64,000 nucleotides of DNA from Lama guanicoe. Its lineage: Eukaryota. The stretch covers positions 6,122,626 to 6,186,625 of the forward strand of contig MU054220.1 in the NCBI GenBank assembly GCA_013239625.1, given 5' to 3'. The notes beneath the pieces are model-generated. The model saw only the letters and a list, made by a program, of their open reading frames with translations. It was not told where the DNA came from and did not search any database. Below, piece after piece: positions 25,540 to 38,955 of this stretch. Position 1 is the stretch's first letter. Every line of letters begins with the position of its first letter. Position numbers and translations under genes: made by a program.

Positions 25540-25980
25540 AAGCTGGATAGTCTTCATTTGCCTTTTCCTTCTCTCTGCTCTTCTCCATCCTGCACTCTAA
25601 GTTGGGAGGCTGTACTCATTGGATTCTATCACCTAGCTTCTTTTTCCATCTGGCTTTTGATTGGAGTTAGCTAGTAGAAGGTACCACCAGGAGATGAGAG
25701 CGAGAAGAGAGAGGTTCCTGATACTCATTTACTCATCACTGTCTGCCAGGCTGTGGGCTGTCAGTGCCTGAATTCTTCTTATTAAAGGCTACAACTTCTG
25801 GGGAAAGCCTTCTCCTGAGCTGATTTCTCTCCAGGTTCCTTTAACAACCCCCCGCCCTTCCCTTAGGCTTAGGAATGGTCGTAGATTCCTGCTGTTGCTG
25901 GCAACGGATTTCTCTTAATCCTTCTAACACCTTTGTAAATTTTCCTTCATTAAACTCTCTTTACTTATCTCTTTTGAGGA
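25540..25980 (+). mobile_element. LTR33-family solo LTR
   Basis: gctggatagtcttcatttgcc...ctggcttttgattgg...acacctttgtaaat...cattaaactctct. Confidence 0.7.
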
Positions 25981-25984
25981 AGTA

Positions 25985-26630
25985 TGTTAAGGATCTGGTA
26001 GGGCAGGGGAACATTGAGGCATACATATCATATTTCAAAATATTTAGGAGATGTAAATCATTCTACCAGACCGTTTAAAGAATGTTCCATTCTCCCACCT
26101 TGACAAATGTAACATTACAAATGACCTGGAAGACCAGGTTTGTATAGAAGATTATTGGACTCCTTTAATTCCAAGCTGGGGTGTGAAGACACCTTGGTTT
26201 GCCCCTCTCTTCTCTGTTATATAAACACCATCCAGCATCTTGACAGGCCTCGTGTGTATACGTGGACACCATAGCTCATATATTCAAGCTCCATCTGCAG
26301 ACACATAGCCATCCCTTGGACATCCTTTGAGCTTATGGGTTTGCATCCTGGTGGTGTATTTTACCTTAGGCAAGTTGAATCTTTTGAGGAGGTCCTCACA
26401 GAACTTCCAAGTGGATATAGCCTCTTTGGGTAGGAAATTCCAGGGGTACCAGGTACCTGAAACATGGTCTAGAAGAAGTATGGCCCCTGGAAGACATAAC
26501 TCCTTAGGTCATAGATTTTTTTTTTCCCCATGGGGTGGATGTGGCTGGATGAGGACTAGAGCAAGGTGCTCTAAAACATGGGGCCTCTCTTTAGTATTCT
26601 AGGGCAGAATAGGCCATCTTTTTCCCTTCA
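25985..26630 (+). mobile_element. MER115-like hAT-Tip100 fossil
   Basis: catatttcaaaatattt...cccaccttgacaaatgtaac...atgacctggaagaccaggttt matches recalled MER115. Confidence 0.7.
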
Positions 26631-27673
26631 GGACCATGGCAAACATATCATATCTTACATAATAGGTTTCATAGTACAAGGATGCAATGAATATTTATTG
26701 GTGAAGTCAGTGGTTGATATAATATCCAGATCTTTTGGGCAGAAATCTTAGTTTACTTCAAGATTTAAAAATTGGTAGAGACACAGAATTTTTCTTTTTA
26801 TCTTCTTTGAGTTTGAAAGTTTAGTTAATAGTTATCACCATAAATGTCTTGGATAATGTACCACTTGCTGCTAAAGTAATTTTGTGCCAGACAGAGAATT
26901 CCAATTTATTTCCAAATGAGTAGGCCTCCCTGAGATAGAAAATTTCTGTCAGAAACTTTACCAGAACTTTAGGTGACAAAGAAAGAACACCTACTTAACT
27001 GGCTGGTACATTTTCTCTGGTTTTACAGAAACCCTGACAAAAGCAAAATAAGGTTTAGAAGACATCTACATTGCTATTCCTAAGATATGGAGTTCTGAGA
27101 TTTTTAAATACTGTGTTTTAGAGTCTTTATTAGTAATTCAGAGTATTGGCTGATAAAGCCTCCCCTGTCTAAAGAGTTTTGTCTATGTATCCACTTACAT
27201 TTTCCATCTCCTCCCAGTGGAAACGAGACTACCAGCATTTACTCTTGGCTTATCAATCACTACCTTTGACAAGCTGGGAGACATGTCATCTATCATGGCC
27301 ACTTTCAGATGGAGAGTGTCCACCTGCATAATCACTGTAACTCATGGTAGCTGGGCAGGGAAATATTAAGCTAAGTTGATCAAAGTGGTAGATAGCTACT
27401 CTGAGCTTGCTTTATGGTTGGGGTGCTCTCACTTAAAATGGCCACGATAAGAGTGGAAAGAGGATGGACAACCAGCAGTTACCTTGATTGAACACTGCCC
27501 AATGTTCAGGTTACCACATTCTGGGCAAGTAAGAAGTTAAATGGAAAAGCTCTGTCTTATTTTTTTTTTTATTTTTAAAAATTGATTATTAAGTCCTTTG
27601 TCCTGCAAAGAGATCAGTTTAGCTCCAAAATCTCAAAATGACAGAATCACTAAGCTAGGGAAGTGGTAGAGTT

Positions 27674-27780
27674 CAGTGCTACTCAAAGTGTTTTCCAATG
27701 ACTGGCACCAGTCAGTGAATTGTAGACCACTGGCCCACAGTGACATAAGCATATTTTCTGTTTCACAGAAGATTGAGAAA
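27674..27780 (+). mobile_element. hAT-Charlie family terminal fragment
   Basis: cagtgctactcaaagtgt terminus typical of Charlie-type elements. Confidence 0.5.
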
Positions 27781-28482
27781 AATCAACTTGTCTTTTACCA
27801 TAGAGGATTTGAGGACTACTCTAGATTATACACACCTGATTTATTTAATCATTTGTTCTTCAAATTAAAAAAAAACACTTTGAATATTCATGACATGTCA
27901 GTCATTTTACCAGAGACTAATGATAGATTGGTGAACAAAGTCAGCCATGATCCCTTGCCCTCAATAGAGCTCAGAGTCTAACTGAAGGAATAGATATTAA
28001 TCACATATTTTTACTTAGGTATAAAGTTGTAATTCTAGAAAGGAGACATGCTGGGTAAGGATTTCCTAAAAAAGGAATCTGAAGATATGTATGAAAAAAC
28101 TAGATAAAAGAAGGAAAGAAAAAGTATTCTAGGCAGAAGAAACAGTATACAAAAAACTCTGGGGCAAGAAGGAACATGACAGGCAAGAAGAAACATGACA
28201 GACAAGAAGAAGAGAAAATACAATTATTTGATTTAAACATAGAACTGAGAGGTAGTAGGGCATGGTACAGGAGTTATGCTTGGCCAGACTAAGAAGTTCC
28301 TTGTGGGTCATGTTAGAGGACTTTTGTTTTTATTCTAAGACTAGTAGAATAGCAGAATAGCATGGAAGGATTTTAAGAGAAATTAGTTTATCTGATTGAA
28401 CTTTGGAAAGTGGACTCTAGTTACTGAGTGGAAAATGGACCCTTGGGAAACCTGAGAGAATCAAAGAAACCAGTTTAGATTC

Positions 28483-28953
28483 TGTCATGCGTTGAAGTGT
28501 GTCCCACCATAATATGCTGAAGTCCTAAAATCCAGAATATGTACCTCAGAATGTGATTCTACTTAGATGTAGGGCTTCACAAAGGTAATTAAATTAATAT
28601 GAGGTCATCAGGGTGGGCTCTAATCCAATATGACTGACATCCTTATAAGAGGGAATTTTAGACACAGAAACAGACATGTACAGAGGAAAGATAATGTGAA
28701 GACCCAAGGAGGAGACAGCCATGTGCCTGGAGTAATGCATCTACAAGCCAAGGAAGGCCAAGGATCACCAGCAAATACGAGAAGCTAGAAGAGCAAGGGA
28801 GGATTTTCTCCTAGAGCTGTGAGAGAGAACATGGCCCTGCCAACACCTTGATACCAGGCTTCTAGACTCCAGAGTGATGAGACAATACATTTATGTGTTT
28901 TAAGCTGCCCAGTGTTTGGTACTTTGTTACAGCAGTGCTAGAAAACCAGTACA
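28483..28953 (+). mobile_element. MLT1B/C MaLR solo LTR
   Basis: TG...CA; gtacctcagaatgtga, gggtgggctctaatccaatatgactg, ggccctgccaacaccttga, tttgttacagcag...cagtaca. Confidence 0.9.
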
Positions 28954-29041
28954 GGTGCTATGCAGAAGAACAGATAAAAGATGAAGGTAGCTCACACTAG
29001 GATGGAAATGCAGAGAGAAATAGTTCCTCACTCCCAGAGTA

Positions 29042-29178
29042 CATTTGTTGTTTAGTGTTCATAGGGAATTGGTTCCAGGACCCCTGCAGATGCCAAGATC
29101 TGCAGATACTCAACTCCCTTATATAAAATAGTCTACTACAGATGGCCCTTGTATCCTGTGGATAGGGAGGGCAGACTA
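29042..29178 (+). mobile_element. MER2-like (Tigger) MITE, internally deleted
   Basis: attggttccaggacccctgcagatgccaagatctgcagatactcaactcccttatataaaat and terminal ggatagggagggcagact. Confidence 0.8.
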
Positions 29179-29663
29179 TGCTGATAGATATTTTAAAGGT
29201 AAAATTGACAAAGATAGATGGCTGGATGTGATATGCAGGATAAGGGAAGAAGAAGGTACACGGTGATGTCGCCTAGGGTCACTAGTTTGCTCATCTGGGT
29301 GAATGGTAGTGTCATTTGCTGACATTGGAAACATTGGAAGGATATCAGGTTTGTGGAGGAAGATCACCTATCCATGTTGAGTTGGTTGTGTCTCTATGAA
29401 ATCCAAGAAGTGGTGGAATATAAGGTCTAAAGCTCAAATGAAATGTCTGGGCAAGAAATATAAACTAAAGTCATCTTCATAGAGGTAGAAAATGGAGACG
29501 GGAAATACAGAGATGGAAGGAGGAGAGAGTTTAGGACTGAGCCCTTGAGGAATACAAATCATTAACAGTTAAGAGCAAAGGTATGTGTTTATCATCTAAG
29601 CTTAATCAACTCTTAAGGAAAAAGCTTGCATATTTAACACACATATATTTCAAACTTCAACTA

Positions 29664-29671
29664 CATATATA

Positions 29672-29713
<42 letters not shown>

Positions 29714-29752
29714 CATGTATATATATATATACATGTACATATATATGTGTGT
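29664..29752. repeat. Compound (TG)n/(TA)n microsatellite
   Basis: Visible runs. Confidence 0.95.
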
Positions 29753-29768
29753 GAATTTAGGGATAATC

Positions 29769-30119
29769 TGTTACTGTGGAAGTTGAAGATTAAGGGATTT
29801 TTCCTCTTGCAGGAAAGTGGGTAGAAGGGAACAAATGCCAACCAAATGAGAAAAGCAAAGTCTGTTTTTAAGAGCTTGCTATAGCAAGAGTCCACTACTC
29901 TCCTGGGCCGATTGTTACAGAAGCTATTGTTGAGCTTCCTGAATTGTTACCAGAGACACCCACCGGCTCCCCTGAAAGCCTGACTGACAGAAGGCTCACT
30001 TCTTAGGCTGTTTATTGTCCTAAGGGATTGGTTTCCTGAGCAGATTGCTGCAAGCCGTGGGGCAGGGTTCTATTCTTATGCATATCTGGCCATTGTCTGT
30101 TTGTATAGTCAGTCTCTTG
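29769..30119 (-). mobile_element. ERV solo LTR (MER76/MER89-like; subfamily uncertain)
   Basis: agagcttgctatagcaag and terminal tctggccattgtctgtttgtatagtcagtctc resemble a recalled ERV LTR in reverse. Confidence 0.6.
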
Positions 30120-30329
30120 GGTGACATTAAAGGAGCCAGGGCACCTCCTCAGGGCACTGTCTGGAGTAAAAGCCTGAACAGGAAGCTAGCTAGTGTAAAC
30201 TCATGGAACACACACATATATCCAGGGGAGGAACTGGTGGAATCCCTGCGGGGGCCCAGAGAAGAGCATTTAGGAGTTCACGGAGGATTTCCTATAAAGT
30301 CGAGGGGTAGGTATATTGCACTTGATCTG

Positions 30330-30785
30330 ATCCCTAGCCACATCGTTCATTCCCTGTCTTGCTTTCCCTTAGCCAGGTCTAGTCACGAGGGCCTTCTTGC
30401 TGCTTCTACGATATGCCAAGTGTGCTCCTCCATTAGAACATGGCAGTTCTGCCTGGTAACCTCTTTCCCTAGATAGTCACAGGCTGACTCAGAACTCTGC
30501 TCAAATGCTACATGATTGGAAAGATATTCCCTACCCACACCACATAAAATAATTTTCTCCCTCCTCATCGGTTTCTGTTCCCATTATCTTGCTCAGGTGT
30601 TCGCGTGGCACTAATTACCCCCTACCACTGTAGTATAAATATACTTATTTTCATTGCCTGTCTCCCTCACTAGGGTGCAAGCTCCACCAAGACAAGGCTT
30701 TGTTCAAGCAGTCTCTCCAGAGCCTAAAATAATGGCTGGTCCTTAGGAGGTGGGAAGCAAATAGTTAATGAATGGATGAGGAATG
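30330..30785 (+). mobile_element. L2 3' fragment
   Basis: ggccttcttgctgctt, ctctgctcaaatg, tgtctccctcactagggtgcaagctcc, ...aatgaatggatga. Confidence 0.8.
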
Positions 30786-30989
30786 TGAAAGGTCCAGACA
30801 TTCTCTCAGCCCTGTAGGTGGGTTTGCGTTCAGAGAAGTAGTGTTTTGTTACTATCACTTTGCCGTATTTGCTCTCTGGGCTGATATGTCCTAGGGAAAT
30901 TTGTGATAAGTTTGTAAAGATAATGGTAACCAGGGAAGAGAATAGTAGCCAAAAAGTTAATAGTCTTCTACCCATGGTCATTCCCTGGT

Positions 30990-31115
30990 TCTAATCCCTG
31001 CTGCTATGGTTGTGCAAAATGCTGTCATTCGGAGAAGCTGGCTGAGGGAACGCACGAAAACCCTGAACAACTTCCCTGTTAGTCTAAAATTAGTTCAAAA
31101 TAAAATGTTTAAAAT
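30990..31115 (+). mobile_element. Old L1 (L1MC/MD) 3' terminus
   Basis: gtcattcggagaagctggctgaggg...caacttccctgttagtctaaaattagttcaaaataaaatgttt. Confidence 0.65.
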
Positions 31116-32262
31116 AGTTCATTGTGGGTATTTCTGTTAGAAGATCTCATGGGATTTTATTTATTTATGTGTATTTACTTCTTTGTATTTTTCGAACTCT
31201 CTTCAAAGACCATTTAATTCTTTTGAAATAGAAAGAAGCTGTAAGTTAAAATAAGAAATAAATGCCACCCAGACATATGCATCTTGTGGACTCAATCTCT
31301 GATTTTCAAAATAATAGCATGGACAAAAGACTAACCAAGTTTGTTTTGAGGCTTATGTTGCAGGAAATACAGATTTAAAGTCTTGATTAAATTTAAAATG
31401 TGATAATTCTTGAACAAATTAGCATGATATTTCTTGAATAATAATCATAACATTCTCCAAATGATAAAATAAGGTATTTTTATAGAATAACTACCTTGTG
31501 ATAAACTGTAACCCAGGTATCAAACTAGACCATAAATTGAATAACTTACGGATATTAAGAAGTCATTGTAGTTGAACAATTGAAAAAGACACAAAGGCAA
31601 AACACTTGACGACTCTGGAATTCAGAAATAGGTATATAGTAAGCAGTAACTCTGAAGTAGCATTGGTTAGGACTTTAGTGCAACACTGTACACTATGATA
31701 GAAACTGCATTTTGAAAGGAAGTAGTAGAAATTCAACTAGGAATTTTACCAAAAATAAGGTGAATAGGGAAGTATATGGGGATTGATTCAATATGACTTA
31801 GAATCTTTCCAGGATGTGCTAATTTTGTGGCATGGGAGACCTAGTGGAAACATAGGCATAATCCCTGACTTCCAAGATTTAACAGATGTGTTAATAAGGC
31901 AATATGCCCATAAGCCCAGTGGAGACCCTTGATGAGAGATAAAGTAAATGTGCTAACACATTCTGTACAATTAACCACGGGCAGTCAATGAAGTGAGCAA
32001 TCAGAATTGAGCAGACTTACCAGGAAAGGTTTCATAAAGAAGCAGACACCAGAACATCCACACAAATGTCCATTTGTTTTTGCTGTGAAAAGAGGAAGTA
32101 GCAGATAGATGTCCAAAAGAAGATCTTAGACTCTCGGTCTATACTATTTAAGATCAAAATGGTATACTGGAAACTTGAATATTAAGCTAAAAATATTCCA
32201 ACCCAAATTTCAGAGCATTGGAGTCTCTGTGATCCCATATTTAAGATTTTTCCTCTTTTTGT

Positions 32263-32480
32263 AATAATTAATAATAATAATAATAATAGTAATAATTAAC
32301 ATTATGGAATATTATTTTACTGCAAGTAGTATGCAATAATGTTATGCACATTTTCTCCATCCTGACAGTAGCCATTAATTTTATCTGAGTTTCAAAGAAA
32401 TTAAATAACTTGCTCGATTCAATCAACTAATCAGTGGTCGGAGTCCATATTTGCCTATAACTAACATTTGAAGTCTTCTC
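32263..32480 (-). mobile_element. MIR with (TAA)n tail
   Basis: (TAA)n at ~32263-32300 then a degenerate antisense MIR (aattaaataacttgctcg). Confidence 0.55.
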
Positions 32481-35400
32481 TAATATTCTGTTTTGCCTTT
32501 CCACTCTTTTGGGACTGTCACAAGTATGGAGGAATGAATCCAGTCCTATACTAGATCAAGTAGAAATTAAGTGAAGGGTTACCTGATACATGTATTTAAC
32601 TTATCTATATCTGGAATCTGATTCTTTAAATCAGCCCAGCTTAATCACAGGCAAGCTCACCTATAAGGATCAGATTTCTGGGCCAGATACTCTTTGAGGT
32701 TATAACTTAAGATCACTCTCTTGCTATTTTCACATCTTTGAGCCCCTAAAAGGTAGTTCCCATCTAAGCTCTCTATGATATGGAGAACTTGTCTTTATCA
32801 TGTAGATTTTATTTTGGCTTCTGAAATTCTGTCTAGGAGGAACTGAGTGATACCATTCAGGTCAGTGGCTGTGTTGGAGCGGACAGATTAGGGACCCTAC
32901 CTTGAATCTGCATTTGTATGCATGTGCACCTTTTCAGAATTAAAGTAATCTTAGACTTTTTAAATGCACACTTTGCAGAAGATTTCCATAGATATTCATT
33001 GTCCACATCAAAGGTAATTATCATTATCCTTTCATGTTCAGTCACAATGGAGAAGGCTGATGAATTTTTAATTATACATTGTCCCTGACAGACTCCATCA
33101 TTTGACTCTCAACATCCCCTTTCCCTCAGATGAAGACCTGTATCCTTCCTATAATTCCTCAGAATTTAACATAATCCTGGGCCAAGTCTCTTAGCAACAA
33201 TAAGACCCTCTATTAATCAACAAAGTACTTTAAGCCTCACCAACTGAAAAAGCACTATGTAGAAGGCACTTGTGTACCAAAAAAAAAATTATTAAGACTA
33301 TTTGGTTAGGGAAAATTATTAACGAATTCATGAAATCTACACTTCTGTTTAAATACCTATATTTAAATATATTATTTGTTAAAAGTGTTTTCTTTTGTCT
33401 ATAATAAAACAGAATTTGCTGAACTGGAATCCTTGGTATAGAACGTAAAATCTGTGGAGATGCAAATGCATCTTCATTTACTAGTGGCCCTTTGGTGATA
33501 AAAGTGCCAATGCAGTACCAATTCCTACGCTTACTATATGCTCAGTTGTGGACAGAATACCTATGCCTTCTTTGGCCACATTAAAGCCATATTCTATAAC
33601 TATTTTTCCTGTTATTAATTAGATGTCAAAAGTATTTTGAAATTACATCAAGTATGTATTAGTAAAACAGACTTTATATTTTATATAAAGATGTGAATTG
33701 CAGGGTTTCAGCTCTATCTATATGTTTGTCTTCATTTTAAGGATAAAGTAAGTGGGTAGATGGAAGATATAAGGATAAAACAATGGTAGATTGATGACAG
33801 ATAATAGACAAATGTAGTTAAACTTTAAAAATAACTTTTCTATAAATTTTTACATTTGCTGTCCATAAAAAAAAACCCTCTAAAAGTAGTAATTGTCCAT
33901 TGCAAAAGTAAGAAATCTGTAGCTGAGAGAAATTAGTCACCCAATTCATAGAACTGAAATGGTGCCACTAGAAACCAAGTCCATTTCTTCTCTCACACTG
34001 TTGGCTCCTCTGCTCCATCCTAATACCAGATTTTGTGTCAGAATAAGAGCTAAACTTGACAGTGCAACATGTGAGACAGAGTCAAGCACAGGGTTACATA
34101 AGAAAAGGTAAAAGATATAGGGACCTTGCTTTCACAGCTCTGACAGGGGACAGTTTGGAAAGTAAGGGTTACTTATGGGAAAACTGGATCCAAGCAGTAT
34201 CACAATTACCTAGCAAAGTCTAGGATGAATGCTTATTTGTAACAGTAACAAAAAAAAAAGATGAAATGTGTATTATATGACATCAAAACACAACATATCC
34301 CAGTTATACAACGGATAACTGTATTATATTACAATCTGGGTTTGCGGAGCTATTGCTTATGAAATGTTTCCCTGCTTCCTCCCACCTTTTGCTCCACTCC
34401 CATCCCTAAAACTGCTTCTGCTAAGAACTAGTTTCTCTTTAGTGAGGATTGATGATCATAGCTCTAAAGTGGTCCAGAGCAGATCCCTGGAAGCTCATTT
34501 TCCCCGACATACGGAATATGTACATGCAACAAAATCAGCTACCTAGTGAGTTAAAACCCCATAATTGCCATAGTGAAAGGAAAATTACTCAAGCAGATAT
34601 GGTTAGCCATAGTAACAAGACTTATAACCTTTCTGAAGGCCTTTGGGCCCTAATTATTCAGCAGCCGCTGCCAGGGCTAAAACTAACCCGTGTCTACAGT
34701 AGTTAATTTGCATTTCCCTTCCCCTGAAGCAGGCTGTCTTGTTCGTGGTGGTACCTGACCTATTTTTGAAGACCTCAGTCCCTATCAGTAACAAAACTCT
34801 CTCTCTTGTTCTCAAACTTCAAGAAGAAAAATTGTGATGAATAACATTCAACAAATCCAAAGGCCTATAAAAAAATAAGATTAACAAGTCTCATAGAAGA
34901 ATAAGCTCTGGCTACTTTCTGGCTGAGTAGTCCAGGCATGATGTCAGCAAGCAATTCCTTAATAGGTCAGGTTTTTAGGATCCTCTAAAGAAGTCACTGC
35001 CATGAGAGGAGCTCCCATGATAAAGGATTCATCAAAGGTGTTTACCCACACTTTTTGATTAAAATCATGACTGTCTGTCAGTTACTGCTTTTCATGGGAA
35101 TGTCAGAGCTGGGAGTAGTTTCCTGACTTATGTTGTCACCTTGATTAGGCATCAAAGAGTGAAGTTTTGAATCGAGCACTTCTGTAGCCATTCTTTTCAT
35201 TTTCTTGTGGTGGGGGTGCAGTTTGTAGGCTAGATCATTATTCAAACCATTGCACAGATGTTTTCTTGAATGATGTAAACTCCTGCCCAAGGTTTAAAAC
35301 ATTGTTAACTCCCATTGTCCCCAGAACAATGCTCAGTGTATTTTGGACCATAGAGAAGTATCCGTAGTCAGGAGACAATTGGAGTACAAGTATAGCACAT

Positions 35401-35584
35401 CTTTTCCTTCTAAGATGTTCCTCAAAAAACAGATGCTCTGTTTCCACTCAGTAACACCACTTTCTTTCTTTTTTTTAACTGACTAGGGAGAAGAAGGGGA
35501 AAATAAAAGCTTGTTTTTGTTTCCTTTTGGAGAGATGCAGCAATAAGTATAAGTGTGGATATATTCACTGATACATATCTGAGT

Positions 35585-35631
35585 GTATACACACACGTGT
35601 GTGTGTGTGTGCATGTATATGTATGTGTGTG

Positions 35632-35667
<36 letters not shown>
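35585..35667. repeat. Compound (CA)/(TG)/(TA)/(GA) microsatellite
   Basis: Visible runs. Confidence 0.95.
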
Positions 35668-35690
35668 TTATTATTTTCTGCATCTGTTGG

Positions 35691-35851
35691 CAGGACTGGG
35701 TGCATAATTTACAAGGCCTAGTGCAAAATTAAAATGTGGGCCCCTTTGATAAAAAAAATTATTAAGAATTCAAGAGGTGACAGCAGAGCATTAAACTAAG
35801 CATTGGGCCCCCTGTGGCTGCACGGGACACGCATCCGTAGAGCCTGCCCTG
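35691..35851 (-). mobile_element. MER45A hAT-Tip100 MITE
   Basis: caggactggg...agtgcaaaattaaaatgtgggcccc...gacagcagagcattaaac...gccctg, with CAGG/CCTG termini. Confidence 0.88.
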
Positions 35852-36744
35852 TCGATTAGGTTCTCAGCAGATGCCAGTCACGAGACTGGATTGGGTCAAC
35901 CCCTCTCCCTTCTTTAGCTTGCTGAGATAAATGGTAAAAGTGAGATCTTTTAGCCATCCAGCTCATTACTAATGTTAAAAGAGGGCATTTGGAGAAAGGG
36001 AAAAAATAAAGGCTCCTTTCTAATACGCAGTGAGAATCTTTTGTTGGGTGATTGTAAGCTGAATGCAAGAAGAGGGAAAATAAGGCTGGAGTTGCCTTGT
36101 CAGTGATTTAATTATTTTCCCATCTACACTTGTTTTTGAAGCTTATCAGAGCAAAGTACTGTGGGCAGCCCAGCTGTCACTGTTATCGTTGTGGCTCCAA
36201 GTGTTGTAGTCCTGATTCCCATTGTAATGCAATTAATCTTTCGCTTTGCACTAATGGATGAACAAGCATATTTACTGCAGCATAAAATCCTAATTATTTT
36301 TTGAACAAATGCGTAAAGGGAATGTAAATTAATGGCAAGTGGCAATTGTGATAAACGCATACTATCTCTTTAAATGTCAGGGTTCCTGTGGTGTAAACTG
36401 AGCCCATGCTTGGAGGTAAAAGCCGACGCTTGCCCCACACCCCTCTACCTGTGTGAGGAGGCACAGACATTACGCTCAGAATCTATTCTAAGAGGGTGAC
36501 TTGTGCTTGTAGACCACACTGATCAGGGATCACAGTATGTTGGCAGAGCTGTCCCCAAGAGAGTGACATTCTTCACAGGTACTCCTGAGCTATTGCTACC
36601 ACTACTGTTTTTTAAAAAAATTATTTTATTTATTATTACTTGTTATAACCTAACTCCCTTAACAATAGCAATAAATGTTAATTGAGCATTTCCCTTATCC
36701 ATTATTGCCCTATTCTCACAAAAATTCTCTTATTAAGAACTTTT

Positions 36745-37050
36745 ACAATTGCAACAATATGGAGAAACTTGACAAAAATAATTTGGACAAAAGAGGCCAA
36801 ATAAAAAATAGCACAAATGTATGATTCCATTGACATGAAATTCAGTTACAGTAAGCAATTGTTTATTCTGTGAGAAGTTACTAAAATGGTTTCCTTTGGA
36901 CTGTGGAGTGTTCAGAGCGGTGCTTCTGGGCTCCTGGTGATGGTCTCAGTCTGGGCACTAGTTACACAGATGTTTTTAATTTGTTGAGTTATGCAGTTGG
37001 AAAGATTCACTTTTCCTTATGAATATTATACTTCAGTACAATTTAAAAGA
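36745..37050 (+). mobile_element. Old L1ME 3' fragment
   Basis: gcaacaatatggagaaact...tgtatgattccatt...ggttccttt-like and gttacacagatgt motifs. Confidence 0.6.
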
Positions 37051-38810
37051 AAAGCTTTTACTCTTTTCATGTTTAATCAGTGATATTGACTTTAAAACTG
37101 AGATGCAGAGTGGTTAAACAACAGACCAAGGTGGAAAAGATGAAAAAGGGGCAGAACAATCCTTTGAAGCAATGTGTCCTTTCATTTCAAGGAGTGTCTT
37201 CCTACATCAGGTTGCTCTCTCCGCTGTTCTGTCTCTCCACGCACAGTGCCGATCGGTACTGACAGAGTTTAACACAGCATTGTGTATTTCACCATGGAAG
37301 AAAATAATGGTGCAGTTATGGGGAAGTTGAATCTACAACTACCCACCCCCCGCCACTGCCGCCACCACTTTAAACTTTATCTACAATATTATTTCCAACA
37401 CAGGAAAAACAAATGGATTTGTGAGGGGAAAACCGCTACTGTTGGCAAGATCATTTTGCTGGTTCATCATTACAGGGTGAAATGCTTTCCATCCATTATT
37501 GCTCTGTCTTCTAGAGATGGTCGTTTGTGTGCTAAATAGTCATGATGTTACCACTTTTGTGATGCACCAGTAGAGTTGTAGAAGATTTTGTTGGGAGCAA
37601 CCCAATTACATTATTATTCCCTTATGTGCATTTTCACTACATCAAACATACCTCAAATTCTGTCTCATACTGATGTGTTCAGATTTCTCCAATGTTTAGT
37701 CAACTCATCTCTTTCTTGTTTCTATGCCTCCATTGCCTTTTGATGACTTTTCTGTCAAGGTTTAGTACAGGAGGGATGACAAGGATAACCCATAGATTAT
37801 TTGAGGTCTGCTCTTGTTAACCACTTTGTAGCGCCCCGCATTTCATGCCAGAGCCCCACGGGACTGTGAACAGATCGGCCTTGATTAACTGACCCTAAGA
37901 TTCCAGAAACTCTTCTTGGCTTATCTTCCTTCTAAGCTTGTACATCCTCCTCCTGCACTTTCTAACCTCAGTCATTGGCACCTTAGTGTCGTATTTTTTC
38001 CCTTCTTCTTCTTGATTTGGCTTCACTTGAATTTAGTCACTCAGATTTCACACTGTTACCTTTGTGTGAACTCCACTGCCTCTGTAACACCTCACTGCAA
38101 ATTTGAAAAAAAAGACACCTCTCTCCTGCCCCCAAAAGACACAGGAGCAAATGAAATAACACAAATGAGAGCATCTGGCATGAGAAGGAGGACAGATTCT
38201 CAGTAAATTTTCCTTCATTTTTGGTGATCTCCTTCAGTTCAGAAAACCCTAATGTGACAAAGTTGAAATAATGGGCTTTGTCCATGAAAACCTGCAGAAC
38301 TCCAAGGGACATTGGATCCTACTTGGACCTCAGTACTAATGAGAAACTGTTGGAAAATGACTCCTCTTCTGTGTGGGTAGGCCTTTCCATTCAGAGAAAT
38401 GAGCCAGGCAGAGTCAAGTGGTTGCAAAAATGCCTAATAATGCCCTGATAAAATGTGCAAAATAAAGTGGTACACTGAAATGGAAGTCATTTCACACACA
38501 AAAAAATTGGCTCTATTACTTTTCAGGGAGTTCTTGACTTTTCAACCTTTCTGCTAAGAACTCATCAGAGTGGAAATAAATTCTTTCATCTGCTACCTTT
38601 TAAGAACATATCAAATTAATTTAGGACTGCTGAAGAAAAATGAGAAATCCTCTTAGCTGTAAAAATCCTAAACTGCAACTCTTTTTACATTTTCTCTATT
38701 GTATCAGTAAAAAGTAAAACTAACATATATACCTTATATTTTATATTCTTTGATATATTTATATGTTGATAGTGATTTGTTTATTTTTTCTTAAAATTAC
38801 TGGAGTTTAA

Positions 38811-38932
38811 TTTTATGTATTTATTTATTTATTTATTTACTTATTTACTTATTTATAGTGGAGATACTGGGGATTGAACCCAGGACTTCATGCATGCTAA
38901 GCATGTGCTCTATCACTGAGCTATACCCACCC
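38811..38932 (-). mobile_element. Vic-1-type tRNA(Ala)-derived SINE (camelid)
   Basis: (TTTA)n tail then ggagatactggggattgaacccaggacttcatgcatgctaagcatgtgctctatcactgagctataccc, the reverse complement of the copy at 25008. Confidence 0.9.
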
Positions 38933-38955
38933 ACCTGGCAATAGTGTGATTTAAA

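Larger units (their letters stand above)
27835..29580 (-). mobile_element. L2 (3' ~1 kb) interrupted by MLT1B/C and MER2
   Basis: cccttgccctcaatagagctcagagtcta, ctaggcagaagaaacagtat, ctgggtgaatggtagtgtcatttgctga, aggactgagcccttgaggaa. Confidence 0.8.

Noticed and set aside
30045..30476. 143-aa ORF
   Set aside because: It spans an ERV LTR end, unique filler and an L2 fragment, starts at a non-ATG codon and has no recognisable homology.
37210..37330. Splice acceptor (ctgtctctccacgcacag at 37246) and exon
   Set aside because: No convincing downstream donor and no recognisable coding frame.
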